Shown here piece after piece: positions 49,601-57,127 of a stretch of DNA of 64,000 nucleotides; positions within the stretch are counted from its first letter, which is position 1; the number at the start of each line of letters is the position of its first letter. The notes under the pieces are model-generated. The model made no database searches. It saw nothing but the letters and a program-made list of their open reading frames with translations, and was not told the DNA's origin. Made by a program: the position numbers and the translations under genes. This DNA comes from an uncultured Ruminococcus sp. GTDB taxonomy: Bacteria > Bacillota > Clostridia > Oscillospirales > CAG-382. The stretch is from the NCBI GenBank assembly GCA_964571635.1, contig CAZNCN010000001.1, positions 37,705 to 101,704 on the forward strand, read 5' to 3'.

Positions 49601-51793
49601 ATGATGTATTCGCTAAAATGCCGTGACAACGCATATTCGATAGTCGTTTCGCAGTCGCTCGCCGCAGCAGGCGGAACGGTCTTTGATATAGCAAGCGGCA
49701 CTGTGCTCGTCGGCATAAGCGGCGACGCAAAGGCATTCGCAAACGATTATTTATTCGCTTCGGGCGGAATATTCAACGCTCAAGGCGAAGCGCTCGTGTC
49801 TGTCTCGCACTTTGGTCTTTCGGCATCAAAGGCACTTGTTGTCGGAGGCGACCTTGTTGCCGTATACGGCAGCGCATTGCAAAAGCATGATATATCGGCG
49901 CTTTATCTGCCGGAGCTCGTATCGGGGATAACAGACGGCGGCATATACAAAATAAGCGCAAGCCTAACTGTAAACGCAGGGCTTGCGTATCTCAACGGCA
50001 AACAGATAACAGACACGGCAACCGTCTCTGACGGTGGCATTCACACGCTGAGGGTCGTTCTTTCGCCCGGAATAACTCTAAAATATTCTTTCAGCGTTGT
50101 TCCGGAGCTTGGCGAAATAGTCTTTTCGCAGCCCGAGCTCTCGATAGGTGTCGGCGAAACATGCGTTTTAAAGCTGCTGTTTTTGCCGTTCGGAGCAGAA
50201 AGCAGTGAGCTTATATTCGTGTCGAGTGACGAAAATGTGCTGACTGTCGACACGCACGGAACAGTCACGGCAGTTTCGCCGGGCGATGCGACAGTCACGG
50301 CTTATACGTCAAACCGCACACTGTCAGCAGTATGCAATATAAGGGTGCTCGAAGACCCCATAAGATTTTCATCCGAGTCGGGCATACTGGTCGACAGACC
50401 ATATTCCACCGCATATCACATTCCGCTCGGCACGACAGTCGACGAAATACTGCTTGCGGCAGGCTCGCACCCCGAAATGCGCATACTCGGCACCGACGGT
50501 GTTTATGTCACAGAGGGCATTGTCGCCACCGGAATGCGCATAGAACTTTATCACGACGGCATTCTGCACGATGCGATGACGCTTTCTGTCGTCGGCGACA
50601 CCGACGGCGACGGATATTCTACGGTGCTTGACCTGCTGATGATCTCTGATATTAATTCGGGAATGCTTTCTCCCACAGCGGAGGTCGAATACGCTGCCGA
50701 TGTCAATATGGACGGCAAGGTATCGGGCTCAGACCTGCTGCGCATACGCGGACAATTGCTGTTCAAGCACAGGCTGTACGGCGATTCCACGCCGCCTGTG
50801 ACGGCAGACACCGATGTTATGCTCACCGCCTCAAGGCACGGCGATACTGTTGATGTGCTTATCAGCATAAACGGAATCACCCCCGACTACCTCACGGGCA
50901 GGCTGATCTTCGACGGAACAAAGCTTGTTATGGCAGACCTGACGGCGCCGTTTGCTTCGGTCGAGCACACGCAGGCCGACAGCTATCTCTCGTTTATCAT
51001 AAAGCTTGACAAAACGGCAAAGAACGATCTGCTGGTCGCAAGGTTCAAGGTTGTCGAGGATGCGGAAATAAGCCTTGATAGCATTTCTGTTGCTATAGGC
51101 AAAAGCGTATTTTCGGCAGATACCTCGGGCAAGACCTGCAAAACAGCCGCAAGACAAGATGGCATCGAGGTCGCAAACGCATTGCGTGCCATTGACTTTG
51201 ACGAAAGAGTGCTTGAATACAACGTCACCCTGCCCACAGGCAGCATTATGGCGATGGTTTCTGCACCGAGCAATGCTGCAGTGTCAGAAACTCTCGTGGC
51301 TGACAGGCAGAAATTCGACATAACCGTCAGGATGGACGGCAGGCAATATATCCTGCACTGCTTTGTTGCCGACAAGACAGTGCCCGACTCAAACAGCCGC
51401 ATCGGCGAGATCAAAGTCGACGGTGCAAGGCTCGTGCCGAATTTCAAGCCCGACATACACGAGTATATGCTGGTTTCGGATTCCGACAAAATGCCGCTGC
51501 CCATCATCACCGCACAAAGCAAGTATGCCACCGTCAAGACTGACATCGTTGACGGTGTTATAACCATTGTCTGTACAGCAGAGGACGGCTCGCAGACTGT
51601 CTATACAGTCACATTAGATGCAAAGCTTGACGACACAAGCTCAGAAACGCCCTCGCCCGACAGCGACTCATCAGAGCCGCCGACAACGGACGTCAACAGG
51701 CTGAATGTCATATTGCTCGAGGTTGCCATAGCCGTTCTCACGCTCGCAGCCACGGCGGCAGCGATAATATCGGCAAAGAAAAAGCACCGATAG
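46697..51793 (+). CDS. Giant (1698 aa) membrane-anchored multidomain subtilase (S8) with beta-propeller-like repeats, Big_2, dockerin, cohesin-like and cadherin-like modules
   Basis: Signal peptide and I9-like propeptide. Subtilase residues D137 (AVLDTGV), H171 (ATGHGT), N252 (AAVGNDG), S317 (GTSYSAAFVSG). 3+1 copies of a repeat of about 50 aa containing AYLDG/AMLDG/AYLNG. About 14 degenerate 35-45-aa repeats (aa 550-1075). Big_2-like VTAVSPGDATVTAY. Dockerin loops GDTDGDGYSTVLDLL and ADVNMDGKVSGSDLLRIRGQLL. S/P/D-rich linker, C-terminal TM helix and KKKHR. Confidence 0.7.
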   Translation: MKQKKLFALLTSLIILLSAVCIGLSDAGLIFVCRDDMPQGEMIIALSKAPGEKLLSQYGLSLLGGDIYVASRADALRLKAEHGDLVRYVEDNTERKAAINEAMPDPAEKPYEYPMLELQKAHELTKGDKDTVIAVLDTGVKKSDISLSGAHILDGYDTSSGTAVVSDATGHGTKICSLIYAVAPDCTIMPVKVSRGSSTIYTSDLIKGLHYAADNGAKIINLSFGGYNYSYAEQEAVDYCVSKGCILIAAVGNDGMTALADQPNYPACYEGVIGVGSIGKDWQESEFSQSMGADIFAPGEMITLKTDDGVSAENGTSYSAAFVSGTAALCASICRECRFETGEYEFLITLCGTQSPSTLKMTEASLYPAVTGVSDKAEYANEVYIYFNRGTAYLDGEEIDDGERVFIRGQHTLVVSHLGRSVTVSFSITSSGPEYTKRSQDGAVVILFESGDAYLDGVPYAAGQPITAEGEHYFEITAGGVTLSETFLLEGECAVFGASDNANYQTPIAIYLTKEAMLDGTAVSGEIFVGEGEHVLMIGEREINFYVGDKREVYSPLGGSTAVGGGDRIAVFKKGVAGITLFDIHDLSKAALFISTSEPVTDCTIIDQDVVTLMQTQIAVFDAVSGNIISTHSISEQCLAVNHIGERIYYISQNTLFTIQDGVEAALCTSDAKFDSLSCSEGSIALYDSMSDDGKITLYNTDTSTASVLSVDASQLGKKILLDETRLICGRHVFDLQKGELLLETDVGDVICISNGAYICKKGAADLATGAVLCKYDSEALFAFDTAEKLVIAFADKTVTESASDIFGYGGYAVCDTFVPRKEGVLFKNDITSVCNFGSGMLLTAEGDRNVYYYDGNQVTVFEVLPFVPDKVFADGEKVFLTFKNKKLLMLVENDGLTSITVPSPVEAMAFCDGRVFMLISGTLAELQADKTILSYPLVSATAIAATDGRLITASRRNINVFGIADMTMMYSLKCRDNAYSIVVSQSLAAAGGTVFDIASGTVLVGISGDAKAFANDYLFASGGIFNAQGEALVSVSHFGLSASKALVVGGDLVAVYGSALQKHDISALYLPELVSGITDGGIYKISASLTVNAGLAYLNGKQITDTATVSDGGIHTLRVVLSPGITLKYSFSVVPELGEIVFSQPELSIGVGETCVLKLLFLPFGAESSELIFVSSDENVLTVDTHGTVTAVSPGDATVTAYTSNRTLSAVCNIRVLEDPIRFSSESGILVDRPYSTAYHIPLGTTVDEILLAAGSHPEMRILGTDGVYVTEGIVATGMRIELYHDGILHDAMTLSVVGDTDGDGYSTVLDLLMISDINSGMLSPTAEVEYAADVNMDGKVSGSDLLRIRGQLLFKHRLYGDSTPPVTADTDVMLTASRHGDTVDVLISINGITPDYLTGRLIFDGTKLVMADLTAPFASVEHTQADSYLSFIIKLDKTAKNDLLVARFKVVEDAEISLDSISVAIGKSVFSADTSGKTCKTAARQDGIEVANALRAIDFDERVLEYNVTLPTGSIMAMVSAPSNAAVSETLVADRQKFDITVRMDGRQYILHCFVADKTVPDSNSRIGEIKVDGARLVPNFKPDIHEYMLVSDSDKMPLPIITAQSKYATVKTDIVDGVITIVCTAEDGSQTVYTVTLDAKLDDTSSETPSPDSDSSEPPTTDVNRLNVILLEVAIAVLTLAATAAAIISAKKKHR

Positions 51794-51804
51794 CAGATAA
51801 TCAA

Positions 51805-51840
51805 AAAGGTCTTTTGCAAACGCAAAAGACCTTTATTGTT
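51805..51840. terminator. Bidirectional rho-independent terminator
   Basis: AAAGGTCTTTTGC-AAAC-GCAAAAGACCTTT followed by ATTGTT, with an A-run on the left. Lies between convergent genes. Confidence 0.7.
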
Positions 51841-51867
51841 ATATATTTTGCTGTATATGCGGGTTAA

Positions 51868-52767
51868 TCAGACCTTTTTCTTTTTCCAATACAGTTCTTC
51901 ATCGACAGGCTCGTTGGCAGGCTTCTCAAGCTCTGCGGGATGCTCGAGCATATACTTAAACAGTGCTATGCTCTTGCTGTAATAATATCCGTCCGCCAAT
52001 CGCTCGTCGATCGTGAAGCCAAGGTCGACACTGTTTTTCATCTCAAACGTGCCGTCGGGGTTGTAGAATGGTCTGAATTTCTTTTCACCGATAGTGATGA
52101 ACACAGAGTTTGTACCCCAATTGGTGAGATGGTGATAGCCGCTCTGCAATCTTATCGAGCCAAGATTGGTGAGCACGACCGAGGAATAATATGGATCGGT
52201 GGCGATGAGTGACGACGGAACCTTGCCGTGAATGTCAAGCCTTGTGATGCACCAGACGAGGAATTTTGAGAAAAACCTCGGCATACGGTTGAACATATCC
52301 ATATCCTCACTCGATTTGTCTATCTTGCCGCTGCGGCAGGAATGCACCTGGCGATATATGTCACCGTGTACAAACTCGAGATCGCAGTCATCCTTGGCGT
52401 GTATGAATGCAAGCCCCTCGTGCGACTCATCCCGGAACACCTTTTTGATAACAAATGATGCCGTGATCTCGTTGCGCTGATATGTGTTTTTGTTTGCAAT
52501 AAAGCGGTTCATCTTGGGTCTTAACGTGATAGTCTTGATGATCGCAGTGACGATAAGATGAAACAGCGTGTATTTAAACTCGGGGTCAGACGCATTTTTT
52601 GCCTGCAGATATTCGTCCGCCGCAGTGAGATCTATGCGCTGGCTGATAAATGCCTCGTTGTCACAGCGGTTGGGATAAAGCAGCGGCGTGATAAAATGCA
52701 TTCCGTCAAGGTCACGCAGCAAAACGCCGTCCTTGCGATCTCCAAACCTGCGCTTTTGTTTGCTCAT
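51868..52767 (-). CDS. 2-oxoacid dehydrogenase E2 / CAT-fold acyltransferase-like protein (stand-alone catalytic-domain homolog, active-site His replaced)
   Basis: 299 aa. The C-terminal block [31 protein letters not shown] aligns by eye with the E2 motif DHRxxDG...F...L..P..L, but reads DER. No lipoyl or subunit-binding domains. Confidence 0.45.
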   Translation of the reverse strand: MSKQKRRFGDRKDGVLLRDLDGMHFITPLLYPNRCDNEAFISQRIDLTAADEYLQAKNASDPEFKYTLFHLIVTAIIKTITLRPKMNRFIANKNTYQRNEITASFVIKKVFRDESHEGLAFIHAKDDCDLEFVHGDIYRQVHSCRSGKIDKSSEDMDMFNRMPRFFSKFLVWCITRLDIHGKVPSSLIATDPYYSSVVLTNLGSIRLQSGYHHLTNWGTNSVFITIGEKKFRPFYNPDGTFEMKNSVDLGFTIDERLADGYYYSKSIALFKYMLEHPAELEKPANEPVDEELYWKKKKV

Positions 52768-53012
52768 TGCTCGGACTTCCCCTTTAATTTCTTTTTGGTT
52801 TTTGTCTCGCGAACGTCGGCGGAGGTGAACATAAACAGCTCCTCGACCCCCGATTTAAGAGCGCGCGCAATGTCCATGGCAAGCCTGAGCGACGGATTGT
52901 ATTCACCCTTCTCGAGGTGACCTATCGTTTCGCGACGGACACCGACCTTGGCTGCCAACTCTGCCTGGCTCATCTTGAGCGCCTTGCGGCGTTCTTTGAT
53001 CTTGATAATCAT
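52764..53012 (-). CDS. Small XRE-family HTH transcriptional regulator (y4mF/YozG-like)
   Basis: 82 aa from the ATG at 53012, preceded by a [57 protein letters not shown] 4-nt ATGA overlap joins it to the downstream gene. Confidence 0.8.
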   Translation of the reverse strand: MIIKIKERRKALKMSQAELAAKVGVRRETIGHLEKGEYNPSLRLAMDIARALKSGVEELFMFTSADVRETKTKKKLKGKSEQ

Positions 53013-53036
53013 AACTGCCCCCAAATGCCAAATGTG

Positions 53037-53046
53037 ATATCGATAT
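53037..53046. promoter_or_regulatory. Palindrome ATATCGATAT at the predicted TSS of the XRE promoter (candidate operator 1)
   Basis: Perfect 10-bp palindrome, 4-13 nt downstream of the minus-strand -10. It shares the 9-mer TATCGATAT with 53140-53148. Confidence 0.35.
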
Positions 53047-53049
53047 AAC

Positions 53050-53078
53050 ATTATAACTCATGCATCTCTGAATTGCAA
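53050..53078 (-). promoter_or_regulatory. Sigma-A-type promoter for the XRE/E2-like operon
   Basis: On the minus strand: TTGCAA, 17 bp spacer, TATAAT. Confidence 0.45.
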
Positions 53079-53132
53079 TAGCGGTTTGGCGTATTATACA
53101 AAATATTTTTTGCCATTTTGTCAGAAAAGCTA

Positions 53133-53161
53133 TTTTCATTATCGATATATTCTGCTATAAT
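53133..53161 (+). promoter_or_regulatory. Sigma-A-type promoter (extended -10) for the FAD-oxidoreductase/CPBP operon
   Basis: TTTTCA, 17 bp spacer, TGcTATAAT. Confidence 0.45.
53140..53148. promoter_or_regulatory. TATCGATAT (8-bp palindrome TATCGATA) inside the spacer of the plus-strand promoter (candidate operator 2)
   Basis: Same 9-mer as operator 1, located between the -35 and -10 of the divergent promoter. Confidence 0.35.
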
Positions 53162-53218
53162 ATAGTCAGGCTTGTATGTGAAACGCAACAACAAAAATAA
53201 AAACGCGAGGGCACGAAA

Positions 53219-54478
53219 ATGACAAACAAAAAATTTGACTGCATAGTTATAGGCGGCGGCTTTGCCGGCAGTGCGGCAGCGCTTGCTGCGGCAAGAGGCG
53301 GCGCAAAAACGCTGCTCGTAGAGCGCATCAACGCACTGGGCGGTGCGCCCTGCACTATGGGCGTCAATCCGTTTATGAATTATTACACCCGCATTCCCGA
53401 AACAGGCGAGCGCAAGAGGCTCTCGTGCGGCATTTTTGAAGAGATCGAAAACTCAATGCGTGCCATGGGCGCAATGAAAAGAAACTGCTTTAATGCCGAA
53501 TATCTCAAGCTGATACTCGGCAGAATGATGCAGGAGGCAGGCGTAGAATTGCTTTTCAACTCATATTTTGTTTCTGCCGAAAGTGACGGCGGCGTCGTTT
53601 CGTCTGTCACGGTAGTCAACAAGTCGGGTCTGATGAAGCTGACTGCAGACTATTTCATCGACTGCACGGGCGATGCCGATGTCGTTCATTCGGCAGGCTT
53701 CAAAACCCGCACAGGCAGACCCTCTGACGGTCTTTGCCAGCCTATGACGCTTTGCTTTACTATCGCAAACGTCGATGCCGAGAGAGAAGCCCCCTACCAC
53801 GACAGGATAGTCGACCTCTGGCTCGACGAAAAGAAAAACGGCAATATCAGAAACCCGATGGACGGCATAATGGTGTTCCCGACAACGATCCCCAGCATAT
53901 TCCTGCTCAATGCAACGAGAATGGTCAAATACGACCCGACTGATGCCGAGAGCATTACCAAAGCAGACCTCGAGGGCAGAGAGCAAATGTTTGAATTGCT
54001 CGACTTTTTGCAGAGGCGTGTGCCCGGCTTTGAGAACTCGAGCATATTCTCATCGGCTATTCAGACAGGCGTCAGAGAAAGCCGCATGACAGACGGCGAG
54101 CATATACTCTCGGGCGAAGAGCTTATCGCCTGCACCAAGTTTGATGATGCAATCGCCTGCGGCAATTATGACATCGACATACACAACCCCGAGGGCTCAG
54201 GCACGAGCCACTATTTCTTCCCCGACGGACAATATTACACCATCCCCTATCGCAGCCTGATTCCCGAGGGTTCAAAGAACCTGCTGGTCGCAGGGCGATG
54301 CATCTCGGTAACTCACGAGGCACAGGCATCGATACGCATCATGCCGATAGTCTGCACACTGGGCGAGGCGGCAGGTACTGCGGCGGCTATCGCTGTAAAG
54401 GGCAAAAAGGCAGTCAAAGACATCGACATCGCTGCTTTGCGTGATACTCTGCGCAAAAACGGTGCTTGTGTCGATTGA
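53219..54478 (+). CDS. FAD-dependent oxidoreductase (FAD_oxidored/GIDA-like Rossmann N-terminus)
   Basis: DCIVIGGGFAGSAAALAAARGGAKTLLVER dinucleotide-binding motif. 419 aa, with no signal peptide. Confidence 0.7.
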   Translation: MTNKKFDCIVIGGGFAGSAAALAAARGGAKTLLVERINALGGAPCTMGVNPFMNYYTRIPETGERKRLSCGIFEEIENSMRAMGAMKRNCFNAEYLKLILGRMMQEAGVELLFNSYFVSAESDGGVVSSVTVVNKSGLMKLTADYFIDCTGDADVVHSAGFKTRTGRPSDGLCQPMTLCFTIANVDAEREAPYHDRIVDLWLDEKKNGNIRNPMDGIMVFPTTIPSIFLLNATRMVKYDPTDAESITKADLEGREQMFELLDFLQRRVPGFENSSIFSSAIQTGVRESRMTDGEHILSGEELIACTKFDDAIACGNYDIDIHNPEGSGTSHYFFPDGQYYTIPYRSLIPEGSKNLLVAGRCISVTHEAQASIRIMPIVCTLGEAAGTAAAIAVKGKKAVKDIDIAALRDTLRKNGACVD

Positions 54479-54512
54479 TGACATTCAACAGCATTAATAA
54501 CGAGGAAAAAGC

Positions 54513-55481
54513 ATGTTTGATATTTTTGATATAAGCAAAAGCACAATGATCACGAGCGCAAGCGGCACTGTCAAAAAGCGCGGAATATTTATGCAGATAG
54601 TCATATTCTTCTGCGTAATGATGGTCGCGTCGACGATAGTTTCGGCAATAACGCTGTTGCCGACTATGCTCTGGATGCTGCTTGACGGCAGCTTTAAGGA
54701 GCTTTTGAAAGAGTCACTCGAAACAGGTGTGCTCGACATGAGTGCGATACTTGCCACTATGCCGGAATGGCTCACTGTCGTTTCACTGGTCGCAACGGCA
54801 GGCGAAATAATTGCACCGATGCTCTATTGCAGGCTGCTCGAGCGCCGCTCGTTCGCCTCGATGGGCTTTACACGCAAAAAGGCAGTGTCGACGTATCTCG
54901 TCGGCTATCTCGTCGGAGCTGTCATGATAACCGCTGCGGCGGCAATCTGCGTGCTGATGGGTGCGATAGACATCAAGATAGCTTCTGTCATTCCCGTCGG
55001 AATGATAATCATATTTTTTGTCGCATATCTCATACAGGGACTCGCCGAAGAAACGCTGCTGCGCGGATATCTGATGACGTCGATCGCCGCCTCGTCGACC
55101 TCTCGCTATGCTGTTGCACTCGCTGTCGGCATAAACTCGGTGCTGTTCTCGCTGCTGCACCTCGGCAACGCAGGCATATCCGGACTTTCGCTGCTCAACA
55201 TAGCGTTGGCGGGAATATTCTTTAGCCTTTACGTCCTTCACACCGACAACATCTGGGGTGCTGCGGCAGCACATTCTGCGTGGAATTTCGTGCAAGGGCC
55301 GATACTCGGCATACAGGTCAGCGGAACAGTCACTAAAAGCACCGTGTTTGTTTCGACCGCCAGAGACGGAATGGCATGGCTGAGCGGCGGAGATTTTGGG
55401 CTCGAGGGCGGAATGGCAGTAACGATCGTACTGCTCGTCGCAATACTTTTGATAAGCATAAAGAAGCCGAAGAAGGTATAA
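54513..55481 (+). CDS. CPBP family intramembrane glutamic endopeptidase (CAAX protease/Abi family)
   Basis: Motif 1 EExxxR (LAEETLLRGY), motif 2 FxxxH (FSLLHL), motif 3 HxxxN (HSAWNF). Polytopic. Confidence 0.8.
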   Translation: MFDIFDISKSTMITSASGTVKKRGIFMQIVIFFCVMMVASTIVSAITLLPTMLWMLLDGSFKELLKESLETGVLDMSAILATMPEWLTVVSLVATAGEIIAPMLYCRLLERRSFASMGFTRKKAVSTYLVGYLVGAVMITAAAAICVLMGAIDIKIASVIPVGMIIIFFVAYLIQGLAEETLLRGYLMTSIAASSTSRYAVALAVGINSVLFSLLHLGNAGISGLSLLNIALAGIFFSLYVLHTDNIWGAAAAHSAWNFVQGPILGIQVSGTVTKSTVFVSTARDGMAWLSGGDFGLEGGMAVTIVLLVAILLISIKKPKKV

Positions 55482-55485
55482 GTGC

Positions 55486-55512
55486 TATTCGGCTCAAGCC
55501 GAGTGGTATTGC
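55486..55512 (+). repeat. Conserved hairpin motif, copy D (3' of the CPBP gene)
   Basis: TATTCGGCTCAAGCCGAGTGGTATTGC. See copy C at 43116-43143. Confidence 0.7.
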
Positions 55513-55540
55513 ACCTTTGGTGCGGCGGCTACTTCACTTA

Positions 55541-55570
55541 AAAAGCAGACCTTGATGGTCTGCTTTTTTT
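55541..55570 (+). terminator. Rho-independent terminator
   Basis: AAGCAGACC-TTGAT-GGTCTGCTT followed by TTTTTT. Confidence 0.75.
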
Positions 55571-55636
55571 GTCATACTCTCCCCCCTCTCTGCATAATGA
55601 TGCATATAACCTGTGCACAAAGGGAGAGGATACACA

Positions 55637-57127
55637 TTGAAAAGAATGTCGCCTATCAAGGGTGCGGCGGTGATGACGGTTTTTTCACTGATATGCAAGC
55701 TGATCGGAACTCTGCAGCGGCTTTATACCGCATCACGGATAGGCAGCGAGGGCATGGGGCTTTATTCGCTGATAATGAGCGTATACACGCTTTTTACCGC
55801 AATATCCAACAGTTGGATAACTCCTGCGGTCAGCAGGCTTGCGGCAAAGCATTATGCAAAGGATGAGAAAAGCGGCTATATGATGTTTCTTTCATGCGTA
55901 TTGCCGTCACTGGTTATCGGGCTTATTTCTATGCTGGCAATGTATCTGCTTGCAGAACCGCTTGCCGCAAACGCCATAAACGACATAAACACCTGTGCGG
56001 CACTGCGTGCGCTGTCGCTTTCGTTGCCCTGCATGTCGCTGACGTCGTGCATCAAGGGGCTGTTTCTCGCAAAAGGCGAGATACTCAAAAACAGCACCGG
56101 CTCGCTCACAGAGCAGATAATAAAAACCCTGATGACCATGCTGATCTTGGGCAGGTATATGCTTTTTGAATCCTCGCCCGCTCGGCTTTGCCTCGGCATC
56201 ACCATCGGAGTGACGAGCGGCGAAATGTTCTCTCTTTTATATCTCGGCACGCTTTTGCTGCTGTCAAAGAGTGAACGAAAGCGAATATCTCCGAGTATGC
56301 CGATGATAAGCGAGCTTTTGTCTGTCGGAGCGCCGATGCTCGCCTCGACCTCGGCAACATCCCTGCTTCACACAGCAGAAAGCGTGCTGATACCGATGAT
56401 GCTGCTGAAATATTCGGGCGACAGGTCGCAGGCACTGTGCCAATTCGGCGAGATACGCGGAATGGCGATGCCGCTGATATTCTTTCCGTTTGCGTTCCTC
56501 GGCGGGCTCTCGGTGGTGCTGGTTCCCGAAATATCGCGGCTCTCTGCATCCGACGACAAAAATGCATTGGCAAAGCAGATATCCAAAAGCCTGACGATAG
56601 CATATCTTTTTGGAATAATGACGACGGGCATATTCTTTTTTCTTTCAGAAAGCGCCACGAACGTGTTTTACCCACACTCAAACGCCGCATTTTCAGTCAA
56701 AATAATTGCGCTGATAGCGATGCCGATGTATGTCGAAACAGTCGCCGACAGCATGTTGAAGGCGCTCGGTCAAGAAAAGCGGCAATTGCTGTATTGCCTC
56801 ATCAATTCTGCGTTTCGCATAACCGCCTTGCTCGCCGTTGTTCCAAGGCTCGGCATATACGGCTACCTTGGCATACTCATCGTGTCAAACATACTGCAAT
56901 ATATTCTTGCGATCAATCGGCTGCATAAGGTCGTCCGCTATCGAATAGTATATACAAAAGCGATCGCACTGCCGTTTGTCGGCTCGGCGGTCGGCGGCAT
57001 CGCTGCATCGAGCTTGCAGAGCCTCCTCTTACCGAGCGAAGCGGCAAAGCTCATTGCCTCATGCTTTGTGTTTGCGATATTCTTTTTGCCGTTCTGCATA
57101 CCGATTCTGAAAGAGGTGAAAAAATGA
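55637..57127 (+). CDS. spoVB: Stage V sporulation protein B-like MOP-superfamily flippase (SpoVB/MurJ-like)
   Basis: About 14 TM segments. The N-terminus KG..V....SLICKLIGTLQRLYTASRIGSEGMGLY parallels the B. subtilis SpoVB N-terminus. Probable TTG start at 55637, 7-8 nt after GGAGAGG. The stop overlaps the spoIIIAA start (ATGA). Confidence 0.65.
   Translation: MKRMSPIKGAAVMTVFSLICKLIGTLQRLYTASRIGSEGMGLYSLIMSVYTLFTAISNSWITPAVSRLAAKHYAKDEKSGYMMFLSCVLPSLVIGLISMLAMYLLAEPLAANAINDINTCAALRALSLSLPCMSLTSCIKGLFLAKGEILKNSTGSLTEQIIKTLMTMLILGRYMLFESSPARLCLGITIGVTSGEMFSLLYLGTLLLLSKSERKRISPSMPMISELLSVGAPMLASTSATSLLHTAESVLIPMMLLKYSGDRSQALCQFGEIRGMAMPLIFFPFAFLGGLSVVLVPEISRLSASDDKNALAKQISKSLTIAYLFGIMTTGIFFFLSESATNVFYPHSNAAFSVKIIALIAMPMYVETVADSMLKALGQEKRQLLYCLINSAFRITALLAVVPRLGIYGYLGILIVSNILQYILAINRLHKVVRYRIVYTKAIALPFVGSAVGGIAASSLQSLLLPSEAAKLIASCFVFAIFFLPFCIPILKEVKK

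Noticed and set aside
54513-55481. 'Abi' family protein considered as an abortive-infection gene.
   Set aside because: The motifs are those of CPBP intramembrane proteases. The Abi name is historical, and there is no phage-defence context (no nuclease, ATPase or mobile-element neighbours).
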